From: Malacoraja senta | Lineage: Eukaryota | Assembly (NCBI GenBank): GCA_038087875.1 | Contig: CM075996.1 | Coordinates: forward strand, 5,396,001-5,460,000 | Direction: 5' to 3' | Length of the DNA stretch: 64,000 nucleotides | Part shown: positions 35,308 to 47,946 of the stretch, piece after piece | Layout: every line of letters begins with the position of its first letter | How positions within the stretch are numbered: position 1 is the first letter of the stretch | Made by a program: the position numbers and the translations under genes | The notes under the pieces: model-generated | What the model was told of the DNA's origin: nothing | Database searches by the model: none | The model's input: the letters and a program-made list of their open reading frames with translations, nothing else

Positions 35308-37462
35308 CCATATCCATATACCTATCGAAAAGCCACTTAAATGCCACACTCATAATCTGACAACCACCAAGCCTGGCAGCGGGTTCCTGGCACTTTTAAC
35401 CCTCTGTGTGAAAATAAAAGTTGCCCCACACATCTCCTTTAATTTTTGCCCCTCTCCCCTTAAAGCTGTGCCTTCGAGTATTTGATTTTTTCATCCTAAG
35501 AAAAAGAGTCTGACTGTCTACCCAATCCATGCCTCTCATAATTTTATACGCTTCCACAGCATCCTGCGTTCCAGAGAAAACAACCCAAGTCTGTCCTGTA
35601 GCTAATGCCCCCCTAATCCAGGCAACATTCTGAGAAGTTGAACCCAGCAATCCAGCCTCCACTGGATTATAAAAAACAAGCATAATTTCACTGCTTTTAT
35701 ACTTCATGTTTCTATTGATTAATCCCAGAATTGTGCATATTATATTAATCAATTTGGAAAGGTGCCCAGCCATTTTGAATAAATTGAACTCACAGACCCC
35801 GAGCTTTTGCACTCCCTTGTGGAACACTATCTTTTCTATGTATATTGCCTCGCCTTTCCTCATTCTTCCTGCTAAAATGCATCCTCTCATAATTCTCTGA
35901 ATTAAACTTAATCTGCCAAGTGCCTGCCTATTCTACCAGATTATTTCCAGTTGCAATCTGTTAACACGAAAGCTAAGCTGCTTGAGACCTCATTGGGTCA
36001 CACAGCACGGAACAGGCCCTTCTGCCCAACTTGCTCATGCCGACCAAGATGTCCCATCTGCACTGGTCCCACCTGCTTGCGTTTGGCCCATATCCGTCCA
36101 AACCGTTCTTATCTATGTACCTGTCCAAATTTAATAATTGTGGCTTGCATCCCATGTCCAGGACAGGGCATAGATCAAGAAAACCCAAAGACAAAAGAGT
36201 GTGTGATAAGGCAGTGGAGAAAGGCTTGCTTCCGTGGGAAGACCCAATAAACCAGGTCATTACAGAGCAGCACAGGAGCAGACCCTTTGGCCCACTGCCA
36301 GCAGATATGGTGGATGCAGGTTCCACTGTGGGCTTTTTGGAGGAATTGGATAAATATACATTGCAAGGCTACAGGGAAAGGGCGAGAGTTGGCGGTTGGA
36401 GCTAGCGTGTTCCTTTGGTAGAGAAGTAGCACAGATAAGAGGGGCTAAAACAATGTTATGATGCAGCTTTCAGTAGCTTGGGATAATGTTTATTTACTGT
36501 GAAACACTGAAGAATGTGAAACATGTCACAAAATAACAGGTCCTGTCATATGTCCCAGCCCCACTTCTATTTCCTGCAATGATACATCTACAAAAACATG
36601 TTTCTGTGTAATTATATGCACCTTACATTGGCAGTGCAGAATCAGCAACCTTTGTTATGGATGATAAGTGATTTGTAATGGCAGCACATTATAATTTATT
36701 CTTTGAAACACAGACCGAATTATTTTTGGATTATTTTGTCCAGTTCATTCCACTCTTAAACTTTGCCTTGCGCAGAACAGTGCAGCACAGGACAGGCCCG
36801 TTTGGCCACGAAGCTGTGCCAAACATGATGCCAAATTAAACCAATCCCTTTTGTCTGCACATAATCCGTAAGCCTAGATTCGCTGGATGTTCATGTACCT
36901 ATCCAAGAACCTCTGTGATAATTTATTGTGTATATATCTCCACCACCACGTAAGTGTACGGGGGTCGCTGGTCGGCGAGGACTCAGTGGGCCGAAGGGCC
37001 TGTTCCGCACGGTATCTCTAAAGTAATTCACATGCACAGGTGTTGTCTGCCATGGTAGAGACTCAAATGATTCAAGTCTGTGAAGTCCTCCTGCACCAGC
37101 TCCTTCACCATATATTAGACAATTGACAATAGGTGCAGGAGTAGCCATTCGGCCCTTCGAGCCAGCACCGCCATTCAATGTGATCGTGGCTGATCATCCC
37201 CAATCAGTACCCCGTCCTGCCTTCTCCCCATATCCCCTGACTCTGCTATTTTTAAGAGCCCTATCTCTTGAAAGCTATTGAATTGCAATTTTGTTCTATT
37301 TCTTGTCTCACTAGCTTTGAGCTTCTTTCTGCAGATAGGGATTGTGTTGAGATTTCTGTGAAACTGATGTATGCAGTGGTGTATCTTAATTCATGCAATG
37401 CTTTTCTTCTGAGATCGTTTTTCTCATTTAAGGCTGATTTGTCACATTTTGTCCCATGATAG

Positions 37463-37721
37463 GTTGGACAAGCCCATGACACTTTCAGAAAAGATTGTGT
37501 ACGGCCACTTAGATGACCCCGCCAAGCAGAAGATAGGTCGTGGGGAGACGTACCTGCGCCTGCGTCCAGACCGGGTGGCCATGCAGGATGCCACTGCTCA
37601 GATGGCCATGCTTCAGTTTATCAGCAGCGGCTTGCCCACAGTAGCCGTGCCGTCCACAATCCACTGTGACCACTTAATTGAGGCTCAGATTGGCGGAATA
37701 GAAGACCTGGCAAGAGCTATG
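37463..37721 (+). CDS. ACO2: ACO2 exon 3 ([20 protein letters not shown]...[16 protein letters not shown]...[12 protein letters not shown]...)
   Basis: atag| ... ATG|gtact, 259 nt, aconitase motifs QDATAQ and HCDH. Confidence 0.97.
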
Positions 37722-39224
37722 GTACTTTGGACATAGAGTCATACAGTGTGGAAACTGGCCCTTGGGCCCAACTTGTTGAACATGTCCCGTCTACACTAGT
37801 CCCACCTGCCTGCTTTTGGCCCATATCCCTCTAAACCTACCCTATCCATGTACCTATCTAAAACGTTTCTTAAACATTGCAACAGTACCTGCCTCAATTA
37901 CCTCCTGCAGCAGCTCGTTTCTCACACCCACCACCATTTGTCATAGTCATAGTGTGGAAACAGGCCCTTCAGCCCAACTTGCCCAGACTGACCAACATGT
38001 CCCGGCTACACTAGTTCCACCTGCCCGCGTTTTGACCATATCCCTCCAAACCTGTCCTATCTACGTACCATTTGTGTAAAAATGTTAACCCATGGGTTCC
38101 TATTAAATCTTTCCCCCGCTCACTTTAAACCTCCGTCCTCCAGTTCTCAATTCCCATACTCTGGGCAAGAGTCTCTGTACGTTTACCCAACCTATTCCTC
38201 TCATGATTTTGTCCACAAAGACTTGAGGCTTTAAGGCTTTTGGTGGCGTGATGGGAAGTCATACAATTGAAAATAATCGTTTAGCCGAAGAACAACAACT
38301 CTGAATGCGATGCAATTTTTAAAAATAGAATATGATCCCTTGTTTTTTTTTCTCTCATCCCTTTTCAGCCTGCATCTTCACTTCAGCATTTCTTTCCCTC
38401 ACTTTTTCTTCTCAGATTTCTGACCCCTCCTTTTGTTTTTCCCTTCTGTCAAGAGGACATTCATAAATGATGCTCTTTCTAAATCACTTTAATTGCTGTC
38501 ACCAGGAGGTGATCCTATAACCCCCAGGTTGGCTCCTTCCCCTCTATCGCAAAAATGCGGCTGCTTTGTTTCATTTTGGAGAAATGGGATAGGTCACGTT
38601 TTGGATCTTATAGAAACATAAAATTATAAAAGGACTGGAAAAGCTAGAAGCAGGAAAAATGTTCCCAATGTTGGGCGAGTCCAGAACCAGGGGCCACAGT
38701 CTTAGAATAAAGGGGAGGCCATTTAAGACTGAGGTGAGAAAAAACTTTTTCACCCAGAGAGTTGGGAATTTGTGGAATTCCCTGCCACAGAGGGCAGTGG
38801 AGGCCAAATCACTGGATGGATTTAAGAGAGAGTTAGATAGAGCTCTGGGGGCTAGTGGAATCAAGGGATATTGGTAGAAGGCAGGCACGGGTTATTGATT
38901 CGGGACGATCAGCCATGATCACAATGAATGGCGGTGCTGGCTCGAAGGGCCGAATGGTCTCCTCCTGCACCTATTTTCTATGTTTCTATGAGACCCTGAA
39001 ACGTCACCTATTCCTTCTCTTCAGAGATGCTGCCTGCAGACGCGCTGAATTACTCCAGCATTTTGTGTCTTCCTTCGGCATCTGCAGTTCCTTCCCACAC
39101 ATCAATATCTTTGTGTTGCATAGTTTCCAACCACAAGGTTCGAGGGTTGCACTGAACAACTAATTGGCCTCAATTGCTTGGTTTCATTACTGATCACATG
39201 CCATTTTTTTTTTCTCCTTTGCAG

Positions 39225-39317
39225 GACCAGAATGCAGAAGTTTATAATTTCTTGGCAACGGCAGCAGCAAAGTATGGAGTCGGCTTTTGGAAACCTGGCT
39301 CTGGCATCATCCATCAG
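39225..39317 (+). CDS. ACO2: ACO2 exon 4 ([31 protein letters not shown])
   Basis: ttgcag| ... CAG|gtgaag, 93 nt, PGSGIIHQ motif. Confidence 0.97.
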
Positions 39318-40418
39318 GTGAAGAAGCAAAAACCCATTCCCAGCTCTCGCTTTGAAGCCTGCCGCACTCCACCTCTCCCCCCCCCCAGGAACACCCACTT
39401 AATTAAAAGCTTGGCTTTTCTATTGCACAAACCAAACGCAGCCTTGAGGAGCACAGAGAGATTCATTTTTTTGATTCTTGCCAAACATAACCAAGAGCGG
39501 GCGCCAGTGGCTGAAACAATTCTCACTTTGATGGGAGTGCCTCCTCCCCCTTCAAACAGAAAACAGCCAGCAGAGCGTTGCTGACTCTTGTGTATGCATC
39601 AACTACAAGCAGCCAGCACTTGAGGCTTGCTCAATGCCATTTCGCAAATGAGCATGTAGTTGTTACAAATTGGATGTTGTCAGTCGAAGGCGAGACTGAA
39701 TAGAGCACATCGAAGGCAGCTTTCATCTCTGCGGGGTGAAAGGCGGCATCTTCTCAGCAGCAATGTCCCTGCCTTCCCCATTAATTAACAACTTTCCATT
39801 TGTCTTTCCTACCCTGTGTGGTGCACGCAGGGGTTCTGCTTTGTTTTGGCTCAGTGCCTCTGCAATACAGCCTTTGGCACAGTGCTGGAGCAATACAGCC
39901 TCCACTGGCAACTTGCATCACAGGGATATGTATGTGATATACCCTCCGCTCCAGAGCTGACATTTTAGTTTGCCAAACTAAACATTCCAAATCACAGACG
40001 GTTACCATCTGGTAGGGAGACTTTTTCCTGCTAAGATGCGCTCTCTCCCTTTCTCTCCCCCTTTCTCTTCCCCTTTCCCTCCCCCTCTGTCGTAGTGAAG
40101 CTGTAAATAGCCCACCAGGTCTCTAGCTTTACGCTCTAAGACAATAGATGCAGGAGTAAGCCGTTAGGCTCCTCGAGCCAGCACCGCCATTCAATGTGAT
40201 CATGGCGGATCATCCCCAATCAGTACCCCGTTCCTGCCTTCTCCCCATTTCCCCTGTTGAAGAGTGGGCTACTCTTTTAGAAGGTGACCAGTCTGTAGAT
40301 ATATATATGGGGAGAGAGCAGGAAAGGGGGACTGATTTTGGATGATCATATTGAATGGCATTGCTGACTCGAGGGACCGAGTGGCCTCCTCCTGCACCTA
40401 TTTTCTATGTTTCTATGA

Positions 40419-40694
<276 letters not shown>

Positions 40695-41095
40695 TGATAA
40701 ATGTCTAATCTCCCTTTTTTTTTTCCCCCTTTCCACCCTGACAAAACATGCAAAGGCACTCTGTTTGCTGTTAACACTGTAGCATGGCTGAAGCTTAGAC
40801 CATTCTGCATTCTCTGTTTAAGAAGAACAAATAGTCAATATGTTGTTAAGACCTGTTTTTTTTTTAACTAAAACATTTCTAAGAGCTTCACCAAGCCAGG
40901 GACTATCTCTGATTTGGATTTAAAACCTCCGCTTCATATTGTGTGCACAAGTTGAACATTTTTCACTGTTCTGGTTCAAATCCAGTGCACATGACCAATT
41001 ATGCACTCTTAATTGTTTCACCAAATAAACTACAGTTGGAGCCCACTGCTGATACCTTACTCTGGCAGGAGTTTGTTTCTTGTATTGTAAAATAA

Positions 41096-41464
<369 letters not shown>

Positions 41465-41802
41465 TAATTTTACCAGCATAGTCAAGAGTGTTTTATTGTC
41501 ATATGTCCCGGACGGGACAACGAAATTCTTACTTGCTGCAGCACAACAGAATATGTGAATATGTAAACATTGTATATGACGGGGGGAAAAAAGAAAAAGT
41601 TCAATAAATAACAAATAGAGTGCAAATAACAAATAATAATATAGTCTTTTGCAGTTCAGAGCTCATAGCTTATTCGTTGTGTTTAATAGCCTGATGGCTG
41701 TGGGGAAGAGGCTATTCCTGAATCAACAATAAGTATTGTTTAAGTCTTAAAACCAAAGCTGTTGAAAATGCTTGAAAGCAAGCAGCAACTGTGAAGAAAT
41801 AA

Positions 41803-42022
41803 AAGGCCTGTCCCACTTGGCGATTTTTTTTTGGCGACTGCCGGCATCATTGACTGACGTATCAGGTCACCGAAAAAGTCGCAGCGTGATGACGTATTCA
41901 CGCACGGTGTCTCCTCAAGTGTCACAACATTTTTTATGTCGCCGCTGGATTTTGAAATGTTCTGATACATCAGTCAATGACGCAAGCGGTCGCCGAAAAA
42001 ATCGCCAAGTGCGACAGGCCCT
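41803..42022. mobile_element. PIF/Harbinger-like MITE
   Basis: TIR AAGGCCTGTCCCACTTGGCGATTTTTT / AAAAAATCGCCAAGTGCGACAGGCCCT, with TAA on both sides. Confidence 0.75.
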
Positions 42023-42337
42023 TAAACGAGAGTTAATATTCCAGGGCAGTGATCAGAAAAGTAATCTGTTTGCATTTGCAAAAAAGCTGCCTGATTTTCT
42101 GAGTATTTAGCGTTTTCTGTTTTATTTGAGATGTTTCACATTTTACTGAATTTTGCATTTAGAATTGTTTGTCATTTTGCTGCATTAGTCAATGGCATGA
42201 CAAATATAATTACCCCCAACGGCTCCAATGAAGAGGGGTCCTGCTTCTCACAATCCATTGACTCCCACAAAATGTTGCCTCCAGCCTGGGGTGCTCTATT
42301 GCCACCTTGTGTTCACATTCTGTGTGCCACATGGATA

Positions 42338-42684
42338 AGATTCAAGAGAGTTTATTGTCATGTGTCCCTGATAGGACAATGAAATTCTTGCTTTGCTTCA
42401 GCACAACAGAACATAGTAGGCATTGACTACAAAACAGATCAGTGTTTCCATATACCATTATATAAATATATACACACATGAATAAATAAACTGATAAAGT
42501 GCAAATATCAGATAATGGGCTATTAATGTTCAGAGTTTTGTCCGAGCCAAGTTTAATAGCCTGATGGCTGTGGGGAAGTAGCTATTCCTGAACCTGGTCG
42601 TTGCAGTCTTCAGGCTCCTGTACCTTCTACCTGAAGGTAGCGGGGAGATGAGTGTGTGGCCAGGATGGTGTGGGTCCTTGATGA
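42338..42684 (-). mobile_element. Rex1/Babar-type LINE 3' end
   Basis: ORF IIKDPHHPGHTLISPLPSGRRYRSLKTATTRFRNSYFPTAIRLLN plus a 3' UTR ending GACAATAAA. Confidence 0.8.
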
Positions 42685-43406
42685 TAAAACAGCACAGCAC
42701 AGGGACAGACCCTTTGGCCCACAATGATAACAGTCACCGTGTGAAATGAGGGAGCGATTACCTTCTGGGGACATGGGGCGGGAAGTAACAAAATCGGATA
42801 AGCTAATTATAGTCTCTGCAACTTCACGCATATTGAGAGCAGGGAGCAGACCCACTATCGTAAGGTGGGACGGGCAAATTGGATGGTAAATCTGCATGGC
42901 TTCCCATGAGTTGATTCAGTAGCTAGTTGAATAACAGTGGCTATACCTATGACCGCATGCTCTTCTTCTTTTCGTGTCCATCTTGTTACAAATGTTGGCC
43001 TCACTGTCATCGTCCGTCCTGAAAAGGGCGCAAGCTTCCGGCGACAATCTGTGGAAACCATCACTTGTCGCAATAGATGATGGTGGTAGCAGAATTAGCT
43101 CAGGGTACTTCCAGTTTCCAGCCCCGCGACATGGGTGCTCCTGCTATGGGGCCGACCACATGCTGAGCAACACTAGTACAGCCTCACCCTCTGAAATGCT
43201 CCCAGAATTTTATCTATCTCCAGTGTAAACCAGCATTGCAGTTCCATTGTTATCCTTGCCTTCAAAACGAATTCATTTCCTCCCAGTTCTTGCAGATCTT
43301 CTTTTATTATACACAAGAAATGTTGGATGTGGAAGATGTGTGGTTTCTCTTGAGTGAAAGGATGAAGTCACGGTTTAAACTAAGCTAATCCACTCTCACT
43401 TGTCAG

Positions 43407-43511
43407 GCATGGCTACAATCTGCAACATGGGTGCTGAGATTGGAGCAACCACCTCAATCTTCCCCTACAACCACAGAATGAAGAAATACTTGGAAAAGAC
43501 TGGCAGAAAAG
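43407..43511 (+). CDS. ACO2: ACO2 exon 7 ([35 protein letters not shown])
   Basis: tgtcag| ... AAAG|gtggg, 105 nt, TICNMGAE motif. Confidence 0.97.
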
Positions 43512-43761
43512 GTGGGTTCATGGCGAACGACAACTTTGGCATCCGAGTGGTGAGATTGTACCGAATTATAATACAAGTGTTTCCCAGTGTGTAGGGGGGA
43601 ATGGATCAGAAAGTGGGATAACATAGAACTAGTGTGTGAACGTGTGATTGTTGATCAGCGTGAACTTGGTGGGTCGAAAGGCCAGTTTCCATGTCGTGTC
43701 TTTCATTGAAAGTGGTGATAGAGCAAAAAGAGACTGCAGAAAGTTGTATTACTAGGTTGTA

Positions 43762-44716
43762 TTAAGCATGCAGGTACAGCAGGCAGTGAAGAAAGCGAAT
43801 GGCATGTTGGCCTTTATAACAAGAGGAGTCGAGTATAGGAGCAAAGAGGTCCTTCTGCAGTTGTACAGGGCCCTAGTGAGACCACATCTGGAGTATGGTG
43901 TGCAGTTTTGGTCCCCTAATTTGTGGAAGGATATTCTTGCTATTGAGGGAGTGCAGCGTAGTTTTACAAGGTTAATTCCTGGGATGGCGGGACTGTCATA
44001 TGCTGAGAGAATGAAGCAGCTTGGCTTGTACACTCTGGAGTTTAGAAGAATGAGAGGGGATCTTATTGAAACATATAAGATTGTGAAGGGTTTGGACATG
44101 CGAGAGGCAGGAAACATGTTCCCGATGTTGGGGGAGTCCAGAATCAGGGGCCACAGTTTAAGAATAAGGGGTAAGCCATTTAGAACGGAGATGAGGAAAC
44201 ACATTTTCTCACAGAGAGTGGTGAGTCTGTGGAATTCTCTGCTTCAGAGGGCGGTGGAGGCTGGTTCTCTGGATACTTTATTTTTTATTTTATTATTTTT
44301 TTTTTTTTAATTAGAAGTATTGTACATTGCAGTGATATCAAGCAAAAATAAAATGATACATTTCTTGTACCACTTCTTATTTGAAACTTTAAAAAGAAGA
44401 AAGATAGAAAGAGTTAGCAAAGATAGTGAGTGAGTGAAAGAGTGGTCCAGGGAAACCCGTAGGGACATAAACCACAAGAGAGAGTTAAACAGAAAACCAT
44501 AGAGAAAGAAAGAAAAAAAATAGAGAACAGAAAGTAAGATAATATAAGATAAGATAAGAGAAAAGAGTTAGATAGGGCTCTTAAAGATAGCGGAGTCAGG
44601 GGATATGGGGAGAAGGCAGGAACGGGGTAGTGATTGGGGATGATCAGGCATGATCACATTGAATGGCGGTGCTGGCTCGAAGGGCCGAATGGCCTACTCC
44701 TGCACCTATTGTCTAT
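43762..44716 (+). mobile_element. CR1 LINE 3' fragment interrupted by a secondary insertion (~44279-44565)
   Basis: ORF MQVQQAVKKANGML...RVVSLWNSL. The CR1 sequence resumes at agttagatagggctct after a T-rich/A-rich insert. Confidence 0.9.
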
Positions 44717-44832
44717 AGGCAGCGTCCATGGTCAGGATCAAACCATGGTCTCCGGAGCTGTGAGGCGGCTGTGCTATCCGGAGTGCTGGAAATGAATAGG
44801 CTATCAAATGTTCATTCTTTTACAATTTTCAG

Positions 44833-44924
44833 AGGTTGCTGCTTTGTCTGAAGAGTTCAAGGACTTGCTTGTTCCTGATGAGGGTTGTGAATACGATCAA
44901 CTCATTGAAATCAACCTCTCCGAG
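44833..44924 (+). CDS. ACO2: ACO2 exon 8 ([31 protein letters not shown])
   Basis: tttcag| ... GAG|gtaagg, 92 nt, in frame. Confidence 0.95.
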
Positions 44925-45267
44925 GTAAGGATACCTTGCAGTTTTTGTATTAACTTCCATTTAACATCAACAAGCGTACGTTGTTCTTAAACAAGGGGTT
45001 CCTTCTCCCTTGGCTTATTATTTTCACTAAGGAAGGGAAATATATTTTCTTCACACTTATCATAATCTCTTTATCAGATTGTAACATTGAGAAATACAGC
45101 AGATAATCCGAATACAGCAAAGTTTCATCATGCGATAAATAACTACGTTTTTTTAGTTTAAGAAAGAACTGCCGATGCTGGAAAAATCGAAGGTAGACAA
45201 AATTGCTGGAGGAACTCGGCAGGTGAGGCAGCATCTATGGAGAGAAGGAATAGGCAACGTTACGGGT

Positions 45268-45295
45268 CTGAAGAAGGGTCTCGACCCGAAACGTC
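45268..45295 (+). ncRNA. Minimal hammerhead-ribozyme-like motif in a Penelope pseudo-LTR (ACO2 intron 8, sense)
   Basis: CTGAAGA-A-GGGT(CTCG)ACCC-GAAA-CG-TC. Flanks GGGT/GCCT can form stem I. Confidence 0.65.
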
Positions 45296-47029
45296 GCCTA
45301 TTCCTTCTCTCCATAGATGCTGCCTCACCCGCTGAGTTCCACCAGCATTTTTGTCCACCGCTCATTTTTTATAGTAATATCTTTTGAGGATTAAATGTCG
45401 ATCACTACATATCTGATGGGATGAAATGGGTTGTAAGAAAGAAACGCATACAGCATGAACATGGTATAAACCACTAGGGCTGAACAACCTGGTTCTGTAG
45501 AGGGTCATCTGTGTGACTCCCCACTGATATGGAATATGCTGCTGGTGATAATTCTCTAGGCTTGGGTGGTTTGAAGTTCTCTAGGCTTGGGTGGTTTGAA
45601 GTACCAGAAGGTAACTCGCAGTAGTAGGCCATTTAGCTCTTCATTGAAGAGCAGAGATTTTAATTTAATAAGACTACTTGGTTTAAGTTCAGTAAGGCGC
45701 CATTTAAATGGCTGCAATTGTGGAATCAACAGAGAACACCGAGAAGTACAGCACGGGAACAGGCCCTTCGGCCCACAAAGCCTGTGCTGAACATGATGTT
45801 GAGTTAGTCTCCTCTGTCTGCACATCATCCGCATCCCTCCATTCCATGCATATCCATGTGCCCATCTAAAAGATGTATGTTAATAGTGCCAGCCAACTGC
45901 AAAGTAAATGGTTATTAATCTATTATTGTGGGTCATGTAATTATAATTTGTGACCAACAATCAATGTTTGTTGTTTGTAACGAATAATTTAATTGGGGGG
46001 AAAAAATATGTGGGTCTGAGTTTGTTTTGATGTGTGACCACACTACCTCCTCTCTTTCTAAACTTAATTATCTACTGAAAATTGTATTGGGCCTACTGCA
46101 GAAACTAATTGATTTCAACCTGTACACATCTTTTTAAAATGTGTTTGCAAAACATCTATTTGCATGCACTTCCAGGGACTTGAGTGCACAGAGGTGGATT
46201 TTGTCATCCTTTCCATGCTTGTACTCGGAGCAGGAGGGAGTAATTTGTTCCACCTGGTCTTGAAGAACGTCAGGATTGTTGATCGGTCTGCTGAGCTTCA
46301 ATCCCACAGGAGTAAACATCCTCGTCAACAGCTTCATGGGATTAAGCTGTTGACTGGCTGGTTTCCTCATGGCTTTGAAATCCTTTTTATTTTTGTGGGC
46401 CTGCCAAACTCTGTGTGCCCAAAGGTGCAGTATCACAGAAAAATAACACTGAACATTTGAAGCAGGAATCAAATGTACCCTTTGGATGGATGTCATAAGG
46501 AATAGGAGCAGAATTAGGCCATTCGGCCCAACAAGTCTACTCCGCCATTCAATCATGGCTGATCTATCTCTCCCTCCTAACCCCATTCTCTTGCCTTCTC
46601 CCTATAACCTCTGACACATGTACTAATCAAGAATCTATCTATCTCTGCCTTAAAAATATCCACTGACTTGGCCTCTACAGCCGTCTGTGGCAAAGAATTC
46701 CACAGATTCACCACCCTCTGACTAAAGACATTTCTCCTCATCTCCTCCCTAAAAGAACATCCTTTAATTCTGTCACTGCTCTCTTCCTCTGACGTTGGCC
46801 GATTTGTGTTTGCCTCGTGTCCAGTTCACAAGACATTTGTCTGTAAGCCTGCTACTGACACGCAAGTCCTCGACCTCAATTGGTGTTAAGTGGTCAAGCT
46901 ATGGTTCCATGGTCAAGTTATAATTCACTCCTCTGACCCTTCTTCGGTCCCTTTCCTGGGGAGGGATACGTTTCCTGCTTTGTTTACATGGTGTCAGAAG
47001 GGTCGGGGATTGGTTTTGGCTGCGTTACC

Positions 47030-47240
47030 GATGTATTGTGCACCGAGGACCTGTGCTGCAGAACCCGCTGCACCTCGACCCACGTTGTTACAATGCACCC
47101 GGCACCTCTCTGATAATGGGGGAAATCTTCCCAGGTACATCCCGATCACAAAAAAGCAGGACAAATCCAATCCAACTAATCGCCACAGAATCCATCTACT
47201 TTCTCATCATAATGATGGAAGCCGTTGTGAGCCATTCTAC
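47030..47240 (+). mobile_element. Highly degenerate LINE reverse-transcriptase fragment
   Basis: PITKKQDKSNPTN..RIHLLS resembles the RT motif PVxKKxxxxxxxNYRPISLL. Confidence 0.5.
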
Positions 47241-47409
47241 AAATTACAGACATGAAAGTGATTTAACATCCGAATGGAGGTCAAGAATCAAGAGTCGAGT
47301 GCGTTTTATTGTCATGTCCCCCAACAGAACGATCAAATTCCTAAGATAGACACAAAATGCTGGAGTAACTCAGAGGGACAGGCAGCATCTCTGGAGAGAA
47401 GGAATGGGT

Positions 47410-47437
47410 GACGTTTCGGGTCGAGACCCTTCTTCAG
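47410..47437 (-). ncRNA. Minimal hammerhead-like core (further intact cores: 6079-6106 plus; 19803-19830, 23460-23487 and 48825-48852 minus)
   Basis: Reverse complement reads CTGAAGA-A-GGGT(CTCG)ACCC-GAAA-CG-TC. Confidence 0.55.
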
Positions 47438-47840
47438 ACTGCTTGAGCTTCTTTTTCTTTTATTATATTGTTTACAGAGTAATACGTTTACGTATTCTGT
47501 TGTGCTGCTGCAAGTAGGAATGTCAGACAGGGTCTCGACCAGAAACGTCACCCATTCCTTCTCTCCAGATATGCTGCCTCACCCGCTGAGTCACTCCAGC
47601 ATTCTGTGTCTATCTTCAAATATATAGATAATTTTGAACATTCCGGCCCAAATCACTTGTTATCTGCCAGGTGCTGGTTTTCTCTATTTTACGTACTTTG
47701 TGTCTGTTATTTTAGTTTTCCAGTTGTGTTTATTTTTGTCTCGCTCTTAACCCTGTTAAAAGTATACGATCTTTTCAAGCCAGCCATGGCACTTTTTTTT
47801 TTACTATGTTGCTAGAAGATGTTTCTTTGTCTTGTTTCAG

Positions 47841-47946
47841 CTTAAACCGCTTATTAATGGTCCTTTCACCCCCGACCTTGCGCACACAGTGTCCGAGATT
47901 GGGGCAACAGCTGAGAAAAATGGTTGGCCTCTTGATATTCGAGTAG
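47841..47946 (+). CDS. ACO2: ACO2 exon 9 ([35 protein letters not shown])
   Basis: tttcag| ... GTAG|gtaag, 106 nt, NGPFTPD motif. Confidence 0.97.

Noticed and set aside
45552..45601. 25-bp direct repeat present twice (also short duplications near 3049, 8285 and 29170)
   Set aside because: Simple local duplications, not an array, and not CRISPR-like.
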